Shown here: piece after piece, positions 11,732 to 26,078 of the stretch
Numbering within the stretch: the first letter of the stretch is position 1
How the letters are laid out: each line of letters opens with the position of its first letter
NCBI GenBank assembly: GCA_964016885.1
Contig: OZ024742.1
Coordinates: forward strand, 43,648,001 to 43,712,000
Source of the DNA: Eledone cirrhosa
Taxonomy: Eukaryota
DNA length: 64,000 nt
Direction: 5' to 3'
The notes under the pieces: model-generated
Database searches by the model: none
The model's input: the letters and a program-made list of their open reading frames with translations, nothing else
What the model was told of the DNA's origin: nothing
Position numbers and translations under genes: made by a program

Positions 11732-13947
11732 ATCTCACATAATATCAAATTTATGAGGTTTTGATATTCATTTTGAGAACAATACCTTAACATCAGTATG
11801 AGCAGCCAGTTACAGCCAGTTTGAACAGAAAGAGGTGAAAAAATTTTGGCTGGATACAGCCAGTTTAAATGCTAAAGGGTTAAACCTGGCTGGCTTTGAT
11901 TCCAGAATGTAGGGAGAATGTAACTAAATTCTGTAGCTCATTTAACTATATACATTTTGTATTTATTTAACATAAAATATTTTTAAATGGGTTTGTTAAT
12001 TCAAACGTTTATAGTATATTTATTAGAGGACAGATAATTGGGAGAATGTGCAGTATTAGAGTAAATACTTTAATAATCTTTAATGTGATGCAGCCATAGT
12101 GCTGTTTTATACTTTTCAAGAATGTTTTGCTAATGTAGTTTCATGTGACACAGGATGTTAAGAGTTTTTCTAAACGTTTTTGACTACCACCCACTTTCTA
12201 GAGAATGTATTTCATCAGTGTCTCCAACTCTGTAAAGTTGATAAAAAATTATACATTGTAAATTACATTTTAATGTTTTGTCAAACATCATGTGAAGCCC
12301 AAATTTTTAAACTTATAGAGTGCCAAGGAAATAAATTTATAAGAAGTTGTAAGAGGTTCAGGCTCAGAAAATAACTGCAATCACAGTCAGTTGCTAAAAA
12401 ATAGCTTATAAAAATCAAGTAAAGACCCTTAGAGATGGAAAAATGTTGTCAGCGCCTGCTTTGAAGAAATGAACTCATGGTTGATAAAATAAAGTATGAG
12501 CCAAGTATTGAGGTCAATTTAATCAACTAACCCCTCTCCTCAAATTTCTGGCTTTGCACCTATGTTAGATAAAACATAAATGGACATCTGTCAGTTTTGA
12601 CAATGAGTGTTCCAGTTATTCAATTAACAAAAATGCTTACACATCAAATTATTGTCTAAGTGGCTGAGTATCCACAGACATATGCCCCCTTCATGTCATT
12701 CTCAGGAAAATACAGCATTGACACATTGTGTGAAAATGTTAGACCAATGAATCATACATACAGTTCATTTGACAGGCTTCTACACAGTTTCTGTCTACCC
12801 AATTTCACATTCAATACTCGGGTCAACCTGAAGCAATGGTTAAAGTCACTTTCCCATAGATGCCACACAATGGGACAAAACTCAGAACATCATGATTACG
12901 AAATAAATCTCTTAACCATCCAGCCATGCTGCATCCCCAACAATATATAACAGGAAAAACTTGTTTGGGTATTTTCTTCATTGAGTTTTATATTAGTTTA
13001 ATATACAAGCAGTATTAGTTTAATACTGCTTGTATCCTGTTTACAATAGCTACACCAAATTACTGTAGATTGTAATAGGTCACTAATTGGATTGATTCAG
13101 GAAAGAGCATCTGGTTGTAAAACACTGTCTCAGAAAGGACCCTATGGTATGTATGAAGCTTGTCATGGAGTCTGCATAGCTAACCGCTGCTTTATTACAG
13201 AACATTGCACTTGTTTATATTCGTTTACTGCCTCAAACTGACTGCAAATACTGCCTTTATTGTTTAGTTACATATGAGCTCTAAAACAGTAGATCGATGG
13301 TCAATGGTTTTCCAGATGTGACCATCCTGATTTTTTATTCTGTTTTTCTTTTTTATTTAGTGTATGAAGGACTACATTATCCAATGTGTCCTCTTTTTTT
13401 AAAATTTCAAATACGATATGAGGAAGATTTGGTTGCTATTTCTAGCAGGTCAAACAACTCTATAAAGGCTTCCTCACTGATTCCTGCAAATCCTGTTGCT
13501 GTTGTTGTTACTGTTATTGCTTTTAAGACCTTAATTTTCAACATTTATATTCTAAGCCATGAGACGATGAAGGAGCAACTACGCCGTCCTTTGATCTACT
13601 CGAAATAGCAGGGCAACCTCCCTCAAATAAAGAACTATACATTTGATAATGAAGTAGCCTTGTTATACAAAAAGCTATGATGATTACAGAGAGGGTGACT
13701 TTGATCAAAGGGATGTGTGACCAAGGCTACTCTAGGATTAAACAACAACCGCAACAACATTTAAGCCAAAGAGGAAGCTTCTATGTGGGCGCTTGACTTG
13801 CTAGAAATAACAGCTAAATTTCCCTTTCACCCATCGTCATTTTTAGTTTGCTTTCCATGCTGGCATAGGTTGGACGGGTCGTCACGATTCGAGAGAAAAC
13901 GAATCGGATAACCACACCCTGCCCATACGTTTCCTACCGTACTCAAA

Positions 13948-14136
13948 ATAATTGTTTCTACGTTTGGCACAGGGCCAGCAATTACTCAGTGCATTACTGG
14001 TACTTTATTTTATCGACCCCGTAAGGATGAAAGGCAAGGTTAACCTCGGCGGGATTTGAACTCAGAATGGCAAGGGCCGTAACTCTATACGTCAAAGCAT
14101 GGCGTCCGACCCTCTACCGATACTGCCAATCCACCG
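13948..14136 (-). mobile_element. Nin/Deu-like SINE copy
   Basis: Reverse complement of 11541-11731. Confidence 0.85.
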
Positions 14137-14172
14137 AAAGACATTGAATGATCAGTCCAAATTATATTATAT

Positions 14173-14316
14173 CCAGCATAGTTACGTCCCTTTACGATCT
14201 GAGTTCAAATCCCGCCGAGGTTGACTTTGCCTTTCATCCTTACGGGGTCGATAAAATAAAGTACCAGTAATGCACTGAATAATTGCTGGCCTTGTGCCTA
14301 AAGTAGAAACAATTAT
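14173..14316 (+). mobile_element. Nin/Deu-like SINE copy, 5'-truncated
   Basis: Matches 11585-11731. Confidence 0.85.
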
Positions 14317-14589
14317 AACTGAGGGGGTGGATAGACAGCATGATAACACGGTGGAACACCTTTGATCAGGCGTCTATAATGCCAGGACTGAACTGAAGCT
14401 AAACAATAATACTAAACAATAATAACACCATTTTAAGTGAGATTTTGTAGTATTTCTTTCTCTTGTTTACAAAGACGAACGCGTTCTCGGTATAATCTGC
14501 TATACACTGTCCTATATAAATGACTAATTGTACACTTAAATGTCAAACAGACTTCACAGCTCTATGATTACGTAAAGAAGTAGAGAATA

Positions 14590-16200
14590 ATAACAACACA
14601 TTGACCTGCTGTTTTAGTTTATTGACTCCGAAACGACGAAAGAAAAATTCGACCCTCGGGCGGTATTTGAATTCGGAACGTAAAAAGACGCAAATTTAGC
14701 TAGGCATACAATAATGATAATGGTTTGTAGTTTAGGCACAAGGCCAGCAATTTTGGGAGAAGACGGAAATCACTTCCAGTAAAGCTTTGATGGATGAAAG
14801 GCGTTGTTGACCTCAACGGGAGTTGAATTCAGAATGTAAAGATTCGATGGAAATACTGCAAAGCATTTTATCCGGCGCTCTAAGGATTCTGTCAACCCAA
14901 TATAATAATTGTTTCTACTTTTGGCACAAGGTCAGCAATTACCCAGTGCATTACTGGTACTTTATTTTTTCGACCTCGTAAGGATGAAAGGCAAAGTTAA
15001 CCTTGGCGGGATTTGAACTCAGAACATAAAGGAACGTAACTATGCTGGAAAGCATGGTGTCCGACCCCCTACCGATACTGCCAACCCCCCGTCAACCCAA
15101 TATAATAATTGTTTCTACTATTGGCACAAGGCCAACAATTACCTAGTACATTACTGGTACTTTATTTTATCAACCCCGTAAGGATGAAAGGCAAAGTTAA
15201 CCTCGGCGGGATTTGAACTCAGACCGCAAATTGACGTAACTATGCTGGAAAGCATGGTGTCCGACCCTCTACCGATACTGCCAATCTACCGCTAATACTG
15301 ATTTATTTTATTTCTACAGGGACATCAGATGAAAGGGATATTACACAGATAGGTTACAGCATGAAAGTGAAAGTTTACATACTATAAACAATCAAAGTGG
15401 GAGAAATTAGGTATACATAAAATACAAATAAGCTATACACATGAGTGGATTAACCATTAAGTAAAATATGTACATGCTTAAGGTATCGAGGGAAGATAGG
15501 GTACGATTTTATTAAAATTAAATGTATTTATCAATTTAAAAATGTTTATATGTGGATGGAGTGGAGTGGGAGCATTACCGTAATCATTTAAGTAAGGATG
15601 AAAGGCATTTGAACCCAGAACGTAAAGGGCCGTAACTCTATGTTGCGAAGCATGATGTCCGACGCTCTACCAATACTACCAACCCCCACCCTTATAATTA
15701 TGATAATAATGATTTCTGACTTAGGCACAAGGACAACAATTTTGGGAAGTCAATTAAATCGACCCCGCAAGTATGACGTGCAAAACTAACCTCGGCGGGA
15801 TTTAAACTCAGAACATAAAGGGCCGTAACTCTATGCCATTAAGCATGTTGTCCGACGCTCTACCGATACTGTAGTAATAATGATTTCTACTATAGGCACA
15901 AGTAATAATAAAGTTGATTTCTTACATTAGGCGCAAGGCTGGAAATATGAAGGCGTGGGATAGTGTCGATTAATCGTTACTCGGTACTTAACTGGTGTCT
16001 ATATTACCGCCCCGGCAAGGACACAAGGAAAAGTCGATCTCGATTGAATTCTAACTCACAACATATGGCACAAGGCCATGAATTTAAGTAGATTAAAGTA
16101 AATTGATTTAATCGATAAAAGTACTTAAAGGATAAAAATACTTGTTTTACCGACGTCAGAAAGTTGAAAATCAAGTGTACTTCCAGCACGATTTGAACTC
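14590..16200 (-). mobile_element. Cluster of about 7-8 Nin/Deu-like SINE copies of mixed age
   Basis: Repeated GGCACAAGGCC..., GATGAAAGGC, CTCGGCGGGATTTGAACTCAGA motifs; best copies at 14903-15090 and 15103-15292. Confidence 0.8.
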
Positions 16201-16376
16201 ACAGCATTTTGTAAAGGGACGTCGTCACTATGTGTCTGTGTATGAATAAAATGTTACTAACTGAGAATATTAAGACCATAGTTCAATTAGTACTTCATAC
16301 TTTAAGTAGAGTAGGGTATAACTATAGTAAGCTTAAACCGTTTTGATGGTGAATTATATATATAAACTCATACACA

Positions 16377-17100
16377 CACGATGTACATTCAAGAAGTTAT
16401 GAGATATTTTTTCTCTTTCCAGACACTTTTAATTGATCTACGTAACTATCCTTCTAATACATCCTTGATATGGTTATATTAAGCTAACATGCCAAATCTT
16501 TTTTTTTTTCAGGTTAAGGTGCGGGCCGCTACAGCACTTTAAACACTACTTGATATGCAATAAAGTTCTGTGTCGAGCTCGGCAAAAACGGTACAGAAAC
16601 CTTTGAAATATTCAAAACTGCTTATGGGCTAACTTTCATGAGCCGGGCGACCGTTTTCCGCTGGCACAAGGGGTTCCAGGTGAGCAGGTGAGGGACGATG
16701 AGAGATATGGTAGGGAGAGGAACATCAGGACACCAAAGTTGCTCGACAAAATTCGCAAATTTCTGGACGAGGACCGTCGTGCATCTCTTCTAACGATTGC
16801 TCAACACTCTGGGGTGTCTGAGGGCACTGTGCACAGAGTAATTTGTGACGATCTGAACATGCGCCAAACTTGTGTAAAGTTTGTTCCCAGGGAGCTCAAT
16901 GAAGATCAAAGGCATGCGTTGATGACAGCAGGGAAATGGTTGAGTGGATCACTTCGAATCCAAGTGGCCTTGAGCTTCTGGTAACCTACGATGAGAGCTG
17001 GGTCTACTGTTATGATCCAGAGACCAAGAGATAGAGTGCCCAGTGGAAACATTCTGAATCCCCAAGACCCAAGAAGGCCAGACAAAGCAGGTCCACTGAG
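16377..17100 (+). pseudogene. Tc1/mariner transposase relic (N-terminal half)
   Basis: Across frames: IKFCVELGK..ETFE, MSRATVFRWH, DDERYGR, KFVPREL, VTYDESWVYCYDPETK, QWKH..SPRPKK; has stops and frameshifts and is 3'-truncated. Confidence 0.85.
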
Positions 17101-17619
17101 ATCAACTAAGCACCCTTGCTATATTAACACATTTTGATCTGCTTAACTTCAAGAACTATGCCTGTAAATAACATTATTTTTTCTTTCACATTGACGTTTT
17201 ATGCTCCACATTACGCCCCTTTTTTTTCTTTTTACTTCATAAACCTTGTTTGTAAATAACATTATTCTTTCTGCACCATTTCTTTAACATGTGCAACGCC
17301 ACCATTCTACACCAATACATAGCACTATCATTTGATAATGCATAAAAATGCTGAAACCGATAATAGACAATTATGAAATAGATAAATAGATAAATAAATG
17401 CCGTTGTTAATTAATAAATAAATCAACTAATACCTTAACACTTCACACAAAGTAAAATATTTCGTTTTAATCATTTTCTAACCCAGGAAAAAAGAGAGAG
17501 AAAGAAATTAAAAAAGGGGAACAAATTTTTTTTTCTTCCTAATAATCGTCTATTTCTCCCTGTTTTCATATATATATATATATCCTAACTCGTGTGCTTC
17601 CTCTCCACATTTTATTATT

Positions 17620-17792
17620 ATTATATATATATATATAGTCAACGAGTCGATATTGCATATATATATAGATATAATGCATTGTATATTATATATATATATA
17701 TGGTCAATGAGTCCATATTGTATATATATAGATATAATTGCATTGTATATTATATATATATATATATATATATATGGTCAACAAGTCGATTT

Positions 17793-17862
<70 letters not shown>

Positions 17863-17914
17863 TATATATATATATACACATATATATATATACATATACA
17901 CATATATATATATG

Positions 17915-17966
<52 letters not shown>

Positions 17967-18245
17967 TATATATATATATACATATAAATATACATATATA
18001 TATATATATATATGCACACATATATATATACATATATATATATGCACATATATATATATATATACATACATATATATATATATACATATAAATATACATA
18101 TAAATATACATATATATATATATACATATAAATATACATATATATATATATATATATGCACATATATATATATATGCACATATATATATATATATACATA
18201 TATATATACATATATATATATATGCACATATATATATATATGCAC

Positions 18246-18278
<33 letters not shown>

Positions 18279-18288
18279 CATATATATA
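17620..18288. repeat. (TA)n array containing three copies of a ~60-bp unit
   Basis: Units GGTCAACGAGTCGATATTG... at about 17636, 17700 and 17774. Confidence 0.9.
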
Positions 18289-18351
18289 AAAAAGCAATGC
18301 CTGTGCCGTGAAGCTTTTATAGTGAGCAAAGGCACTGCACAAAGCCAGTCT

Positions 18352-21142
18352 AGAACTACGGTGACAGTAATATCTGCATACGCACCCCAATCCGGACTGC
18401 CCGGCACTATAAAAGACAGATTCTATGAGACACTGATGCTAACTACCTCCAAAATATCCGACAGTGACTATATAATTATTGCAGGCGACCTAAATGGTCA
18501 CGTTGGACAACATTGTGACGGCTACGACGAAATCCATGGAGGCTATGGGTTTGGTACTAGAAATGAGGAAGGCTCCAGAATCCTGGAATTCTGTGATGCA
18601 AATAACCTAACTATCTGTAACACTAATTTCAAAAAACGTGACAACCACCTGATCACCTATAGATCCGGGGAACACACAAGCCAGGTAGATTATATCCTTA
18701 CCAGAAGACGTGACAGAGTGTCTGTTGTAAACACTAAATCCCTCCCCCATGAAGAATGCACCTCCCAACATAGACTGATAATTAGCGACCTCATAGTCAG
18801 GACGAGACGTACTCGACAGCAGAAGAGGACTATCCTCAGGAGAAAAATATGGAAGCTAAAGGACTCCACAGCCAGAAATAAATTTCAAAGCATATTACTT
18901 GATGCTTTCGACAGTAAGGAAGAACATTTAGAGTCGGACAATATAGAGGGACAGTGGGAATTTCTGAAAGCAAACCTGCTGATGGCGACAGACGAAGTCT
19001 GTGGCTGGAGCAGGCCTGCAGGCAGGAGGAGAGTAACATGGTGGTGGAACAGTAAGGTGGAGGGGTCAATTAAGGCCAAAAAGCAGGCTTGGAAAGTATG
19101 GCGGGATGGGGGAAGTAGAGAAGACTATCAAGTGGCCAGGAGGGAAGCTAGGAGACAGGTGTACTTAGCAAGAAGGGAAGCAGAGGAAAGAAAGTTCAAG
19201 CATGTTCTACAACGCGAGGACCAAAAACGTGAGGTGTTCAGGATTGCTAGGCAATGCGTCAAGGAAAACCGTGATATTGTCGGGGAGAAGTGTGTACTTA
19301 ACGATGATGGCATACTTGCCATCACCGACGCTGATAAGAAGGTAGCTTGGAAGTGTCACTATGAAAGGCTACTAAATGAGGAGAATAAATGGGAGAAAGA
19401 CAGTCTCCCCCATATCGACCCAATAGAGGGACCAGCAGTGTTAGTCGAGGGGAGTATAATAAGTAAGGCAATCAAGGATATGAAGACGGGTAAGGCGGCT
19501 GGGCCTTCGGAAATAGTTGCTGAGATGCTGAAGGCATCTGGCACGGTGGGACACACCTTGGTCACACGCATAGTTAACCAAGTCGTACAGAATGGGGTTG
19601 TTCCGAAGGACTGGCATAGCAGCATCATCGTTAACTGTTATAAGGGTAAAGGAGACGCCCTAGATAGGAGTAACTATAGAGGCATTAAATTAATCGACCA
19701 GGTCATGAAGGTCACGGAAAAAGTAATAGCGCAACTAATCAGAGAGAGAATTGACCAAGATGAAATGCAGTTCGGGTTTGTGTCAGGCAAAAGTACCACA
19801 CGCTCTTTTCATTGTACGACAACTACAGGAGAAGTACCTAGCTAAAGGTAAACCCCTCTACTTAGCTTTTGTCGACTTGGAGAAAGCCTTCGACAGAGTC
19901 CCCCGCTCCATTATCTGGTGGGCTCTTAGAAAACTAGGCGTTGACGAATGGCTTGTGAGGGCTATACAAGCCATGTATAAAGAAACAGTCAGCAAGGTTA
20001 GAATTAACAACGAATATAGTGAAGAGTTTAGCGTAAAAGTTGGCGTCCATCAGGGCTCTGTTCTCAGCCCCCTACTATTTATTATTGCCCTTCAGGCTAT
20101 AACAGAGGAGTTCAAGACCGGCTGCCCATGGGAACTCCTATACGCAGACGACCTGACACTCATAGCGGAATCAATGGCCGAGCTAGAGAAGAAATTCCAA
20201 ACATGGAAGCACGGCCTAGAATCAAAAGGACTTAAAATTAACCTGGCTAAGACTAAAGTTCTAGTTTGTAGGAAAGAAAATAAGGCGGCGGTCCCTTCTG
20301 GGAAATGGTCGTGCTCGGTGTGTAGGAAAGGCGTAGGTAGAAACTCCATTTTATGTCCTAAATGCAAAGTATGGGTGCATAAAAGATGTAGTGGGATCAC
20401 AGGTAAGCTAACTAAGAACATAGATTTTACATGTGGCCGGTGCTCTGGTGCAATAAGTAGCAGCAAGTGCCCACAAAATACTAGCTCTTTCAATTGCGCA
20501 GAGGGTTCTATAGAAATAGTGGACAGCTTCCGTTACCTGGGCGATAAAATCAGCAGTGGGGGAGGGTGCTCTGAAAGTACAGTAGCTAGAGTCAGAACTG
20601 GTTGGAAAAAGTTCAGAGGGCTTATATCACTATTAGCTGCTAAAGGGTTCTCCCTAATAATGAAAGGCAGGTTGTACGATGCCTGCATACGAACAGCAAT
20701 GTTGCATGGCAGTGAGACCTGGGCATTGTGTGCAGAGGATATACGCAGACTAGAGAGAAACGAAGCTTGCATGCTCCGCTGGATGTGTAACAGTAATATA
20801 CGTGAACGGCAAAGCATAAACGAACTAAGGGGAAAATTAGAAATAAGAGGGATCAGATGTTGTTTACTCGAGAGAAGGCTACGTTGGTATGGACACGTGA
20901 TGCGCATGAAAGTTGATAGCTGTATATCAAAGTGCAGGGCAATAAAGATAGACGGTAGCCACGGAATAGGCAGACCTAGAAAAACCTGGGACGAGCTGAT
21001 AAACTCCGACCTCACACACTTACACCTCACCAAGACAATGTCACTGGACCGAGACCTTTGGCGGTACTCAGTAACAGAGTAGACCCGCCTTACCTAAATA
21101 CATAATAAAACCTACTACAGCCAGTAGGCATCTCTAACAAAA
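18352..21142 (+). mobile_element. RTE family B, 5'- and 3'-truncated, one frameshift near 19800
   Basis: SAYAPQSG through RT YADD, PHD-like finger and RRLRWYGH; 2-nt deletion relative to the copy at 42340. Confidence 0.93.
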
Positions 21143-21435
21143 TTTTTTGAAATAAATAAATAAGTAAATAAATGAATAAATAGATAAATGAATAAATAAA
21201 GAAAGAAAATAAAGAAAAAAATAAAAAATAAATAAATAAAAACCCCAAGAATAGTAATTCAACAGATATATAGTAGGGAAATTTTTTAGGTGGGTTGGTA
21301 ATAGAAATTAAACATTTAACAAGACCGAATCATGGCACAGACTGGGGTGAGTGGTCAAGTTAACATACAAGCCACAGGTGGCCAGAGTGTTTTTGTAGAA
21401 TGGAAAGAATAAAATATATTTACATACTCACAACC

Positions 21436-21444
21436 ACATATATA

Positions 21445-21506
<62 letters not shown>

Positions 21507-21961
21507 CACACCTACACATTCACACACATATATATATATATATAGACTCCATGTGCGTTCTAGCTATAGTTAGCTTCTTTATTCGTTGGACATGACCCGT
21601 TGATAAAGTGTTCCGGTCCCTCCGCTCCCTAGAAGTCTTATATATTTTTATGTGGGCTGATAGGGGGCGGATTAAGGAATTGCAGAAACCCAAGAAGCTA
21701 GATTTACCACCTTTCTAGTGGGTCCGGGTAAGTTTTTACATTCATATAAATTATTGATTTATTGATATTTTATCTGAGTGACCCGAATCTTCCTGGTCGT
21801 TATTTTTCGGCTGCATGGGTGATTTTAGGCATAATCTTTGTGTGTTGGTATTTTAACGATAGTTATAGCTCTGATTTTTCTGAATTATTGAGCCCTCTGC
21901 CACTCATGTCGGATTTGTTTATCGTAAATTCGTGAGCTGATTTTCCGATACTCGATTATTC

Positions 21962-21996
<35 letters not shown>

Positions 21997-22010
21997 CACA
22001 CCTACACATT

Positions 22011-22068
<58 letters not shown>

Positions 22069-22234
22069 TATGTGTGTGCGTATACACATACACATACACA
22101 CACACACACATACATACATACATACATACCCATATATACATATATACACAAGAAAAACACAAACACACAAATGTACACACACACACGCATACACATACAC
22201 ACATATATATATCTACACATACACACGTGCGCAT

Positions 22235-22310
<76 letters not shown>

Positions 22311-22430
22311 CTACATGTACGTATGTCTCTCGGTATAAACTATACTATACATACACACACACACAAACACATACATTCACACATATATATACATATATAC
22401 ACATACACACACACATACATATATAATCTC

Positions 22431-22461
<31 letters not shown>

Positions 22462-22560
22462 TACATACACACACATACACATATACAAGCACACACGCAT
22501 ACATACATACAAATAAGTACACATAAACGCATATGTACAAGCACGCACTCGTTCGCACTC
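21436..22560. repeat. (TA)n/(CA)n microsatellite mosaic with a ~420-bp unidentified insert at 21545-21963
   Basis: Direct inspection. Confidence 0.85.
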
Positions 22561-22839
22561 ATACATGTGTCTATAATATAATGGTAGTGGGACAAATTTT
22601 AAATTTTAAACTGGGCCTGATAGAGGATTAAAATAATTAATATCACTACTAAGTTATTAATATTATCATCAAGTAATTAATTACTATTTATTATTTACTA
22701 TTTACCATTCACTATTCGTTACCTATCTTTTATCTTTTATCTATTCATTACCTAATCATTCACTCATAAATTAATAAATAAATGAATGAGTTAACTAACA
22801 TATATATATATATATAAGTATATATATATACACATAATG

Positions 22840-24774
22840 AAAAATTTGAACAGGGACAGAACAGAGAGGCAGTACAATAAATGTTTATTAAATTCATGCT
22901 CAGGAGAGTGGGGGGTAGGTGGGGGACGACGTTTCGGGCATAAGCCCTTCCTCAAGTGAGAAGTGTGTGGGAACAGAGTTCAAAAGGTGTGTAGGGGAGT
23001 GGTGGAGAGACATATAGCGAAAGGAAACGGTGCGAATGAAAAATTAACAAATGAAGACAAAAAATATAAAAAATAAAAATAAAGCATGATCAAAATACAA
23101 GGAATGAGAAAATTTAAAAATAAAGGCATGATCAAAATAAACTGAAATTAAAAGGGGGGTAAACAGGTGGTGGAAGGGTGTGGGGTGAGTAGGGGTGGTG
23201 GCGGGTGGAGTGGGGAGAGGGAGACGGGGTGTCCGAGCGGGGAGGGCTGAAGGTGGTGTGTGTGTGTAGGTGTGTGTGTGTGTGTGTGTGTGCGTGTGTG
23301 TATGTGAAAGTGAGGGTTGGGGGAAGAACGGGGTTGCATGTTCAGGAAGAGGTGTGTGTGGGGGGTGTTTTTGTGGGTCGGAGTGTCCGTGCGTGTGTGG
23401 ATAGGGGGGTGGGGGGAGAGGAATCAGGAGGCTGAGGGTGTAAATATGTGGTGGGAAGCACGTGTGTGTGGGGTTTAAACGTGTTGTGGGTGTGGGTGGC
23501 GTGTGGAGAAAAAATGTTTTTTGGGGTGTGTGTGTGGGTGAGTTATATAGGTGATGGCGTAAGAGGATGGTTGAAAAGTTGGTAAGTTCCACGGATGTTT
23601 GGAGATTTGGTTATAAGTCAATTTTGCGTGTGAGTAATCCAAGAAGCGGTGGTCGGAAGAGGAGAGATGTGGGGTGCGCGCGCAACAGGAAGTGGTCAGC
23701 AGTGGGAGTGCTGTGGTCAGTTGGTGCTGGGAGGTCATAGCAGCAGTCGGTGGAATGGTAGGGAGGCGAGGATGGGTAGGTGTGAGAGTTGGAGTGAGGA
23801 GGGTGTGTGTGTCGAAGGCGACGGATATGTCTAAGAAGTGGACGTGGGTGGTGGAGATAGAGGTGGTGAAGTGGAGGGAGGGGTGGAAGGAGCAGAAGAA
23901 GGAGAGAAAGGAGTCGAGCTGTTCTCGGGTGAGGGTCGTGGCTCCGATACAGTCGTCAATGTAACGACCGTACAGTTCGGGCGTGGGGCCGGTGTACTGG
24001 GCAAAGATTTGGGCCTCAACATTGCCAACAAAAAGGTTGGCATAGTTCGGGCCCATTCTTGTGCCCATGGCTACCCCCGTGACCTGTTGGTAAAACTTTC
24101 CCGAGAAGGAGAAACAATTTAGGGTGAGGACCAGCTCGGCGAGGCGAAGGAGGGTGGGGGTGGAGGGAATGGGGGAGGGGCGAAGGTCTTTGATGGTGGA
24201 GGAGACTTGTTGTTGGTAGAGGGGGGGGGATCGGAGGGTAGAGGGCGGTAAAAGAGGGGGTTACAGAGCTGCCTGAGGGCTTCGGCCGTGTAGAGGTCCA
24301 CGCGCCATACCACCACGGCGCCTCCCTTGTCCGCCGGTTTGATGACGATGTCATCTCGGCTACGGAGGGAGCGGAGAACGAGGAGTTCGCCCCGTGAGAT
24401 GTTGTGCCGTTTGGAACGGTGGCGGAAGTCGAAACGATTTACTGCGCTACGGCTGGCATCGACGAAGGCGTCCAGGGTGCTAAATTGCCCTGGGGCCGGC
24501 GTCCAAGAAGATGGTCGTCGGCCCAGGGTGAGAAACGGGTCTGGGGCGTCTGGAGCCGGTGGCGTTCAGCTGAAATGTGCCTATAGCTTAGTGCGTCGCA
24601 CGAATCGCTCGACTTCCGTTCGGGTGCGGAACTCGTCGCTGAGCGGAGTGTGGGGTATGAAGCGAAGGCCTCTACTAAGGAGTGAGCGCTCAGGTGCGGA
24701 GAGGGGGAGGTCAGGGGGTATGGTGACAAGGGGTGGGGTTTGGGTGTTTGGGGAGGGAAGGGAGGGTGTGGTGA
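22840..24774 (-). mobile_element. Penelope-like element, decayed (N-terminus and RT; 3' end with HHR)
   Basis: LSAPERSLLSRGLRFIP, DIVIKPADKGGAVVVW, MGTRMGPNYANLFVG, YGRYIDD, FLDISV. Confidence 0.85.
22925..22960 (-). ncRNA. Minimal hammerhead ribozyme motif (core variant)
   Basis: Minus strand cTTGAGGA-A-GGGC-ttat-GCCC-GAAACGTCGTC, at the PLE 3' end upstream of AATAAA; the first core base deviates from CUGANGA. Confidence 0.6.
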
Positions 24775-25433
24775 GGGGTTTACTTTTAGCTAGGTACTTC
24801 TCCTGTAGTTGTCGTACAATGAAAAGAGCGTCTGTTGTACTTTTACCTGACACAAACCCGAACTGCATTTTGTCTAGATCAATTCGCTCTCTGATTAGTT
24901 GCGCTATTACTTTTTGACCTTCATGACCTGGTCAATTAATTTAATGCTCTATAGTTTCCCCTATCTAGGGCATCACCTTTACCCTTGTAGCAGTTAAAGA
25001 TGATGCTGCTGCGCCAGTCCTTCGGAACGACCCCATTCTGTATGACTTGGTTTACTATCCGAGTGACAATAGTGTGTCCCACCGTTCCAGATGCTTTCAG
25101 CATTTCAGCAACTATTTTCGCCTTGCCCGTCTTCATGTCTTTGATTGCCTTACTTATTATACTACCTTCAACTTGCACTGCTGGTCCCTCTATTGGGTCT
25201 TTGTGTGGGAGACTGTCTTTCTCCCAATTATTCTCCTCATTTAGTAGCCTTTCGTAGTGACACTTCCAAGCTTCCTTCTTATCAGCGTCAGTGATGGCAA
25301 GTACACCATCATCATTAAGGACACATTTCTCCCCGACAATATCACTGTTTTCCTTGACATTGCCTAGCAATCCTGAACACCTCACGTTGTAGAACATGCT
25401 TGAACTTTCTTTCCTCTGCTTCCCTTCTTGCGA
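24773..25433 (-). mobile_element. RTE family B internal fragment with small internal deletions
   Basis: [10 protein letters not shown]...[13 protein letters not shown], matching about 19168-19858. Confidence 0.9.
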
Positions 25434-25575
25434 ATATATATATATATATATATATATATAAACATATATATATATATATATAAACATATATATATATATA
25501 TATATATATATAAACATATATACATATATATATATATAAACATATATACATATATATATATATAAACATATATAC

Positions 25576-25606
<31 letters not shown>

Positions 25607-25682
25607 AACATATATACATATATATATATATATAAACATATATACATATATATATATAAACATATATACATATATATATATA

Positions 25683-26044
25683 TGCGTTTGCGCAAAGAAG
25701 ACAAAATAAAATAAACAAACAAACAAATAAAATAAATATATAGACAGACTGAATAAAAATGGCGTAGCCATACAATTCAACAGGAGGAAACAATAGCACC
25801 ACTGACGATGTTGCAGATGTGCAACGAAAGATTTATGATAAACTATATATATGTGTTTGTGTCTATATTGTATCTGTATTATTTTTGATCGTCGGTCAGT
25901 CAATGGCAACATTGAGGACCGAGTATATTAGATTACCGATATAAAAGACACAGAAGCGAAAAGCGAAAACCAACGAAACAGTGAGTGTGTTCTGTTATTA
26001 ATTCTGGCAATATTACACAAATATGACCCTCCCCAAGTATAACA

Positions 26045-26045
<1 letters not shown>
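25683..26045 (+). mobile_element. Solo PLE-like 3' end with HHR motif, between (TA)n arrays
   Basis: CTGACGA-T-GTTGCA-gatg-TGCAAC-GAAA at 25802-25829; terminal ATGACCCTCCCCAAGTATAACAATA also present near 40881. Confidence 0.65.

Positions 26046-26078
<33 letters not shown>

Noticed and set aside
9700-12250. Possible minus-strand terminal exons near 9870 and 12228
   Set aside because: Only acceptor-like sites and very short frames with no recognisable homology.
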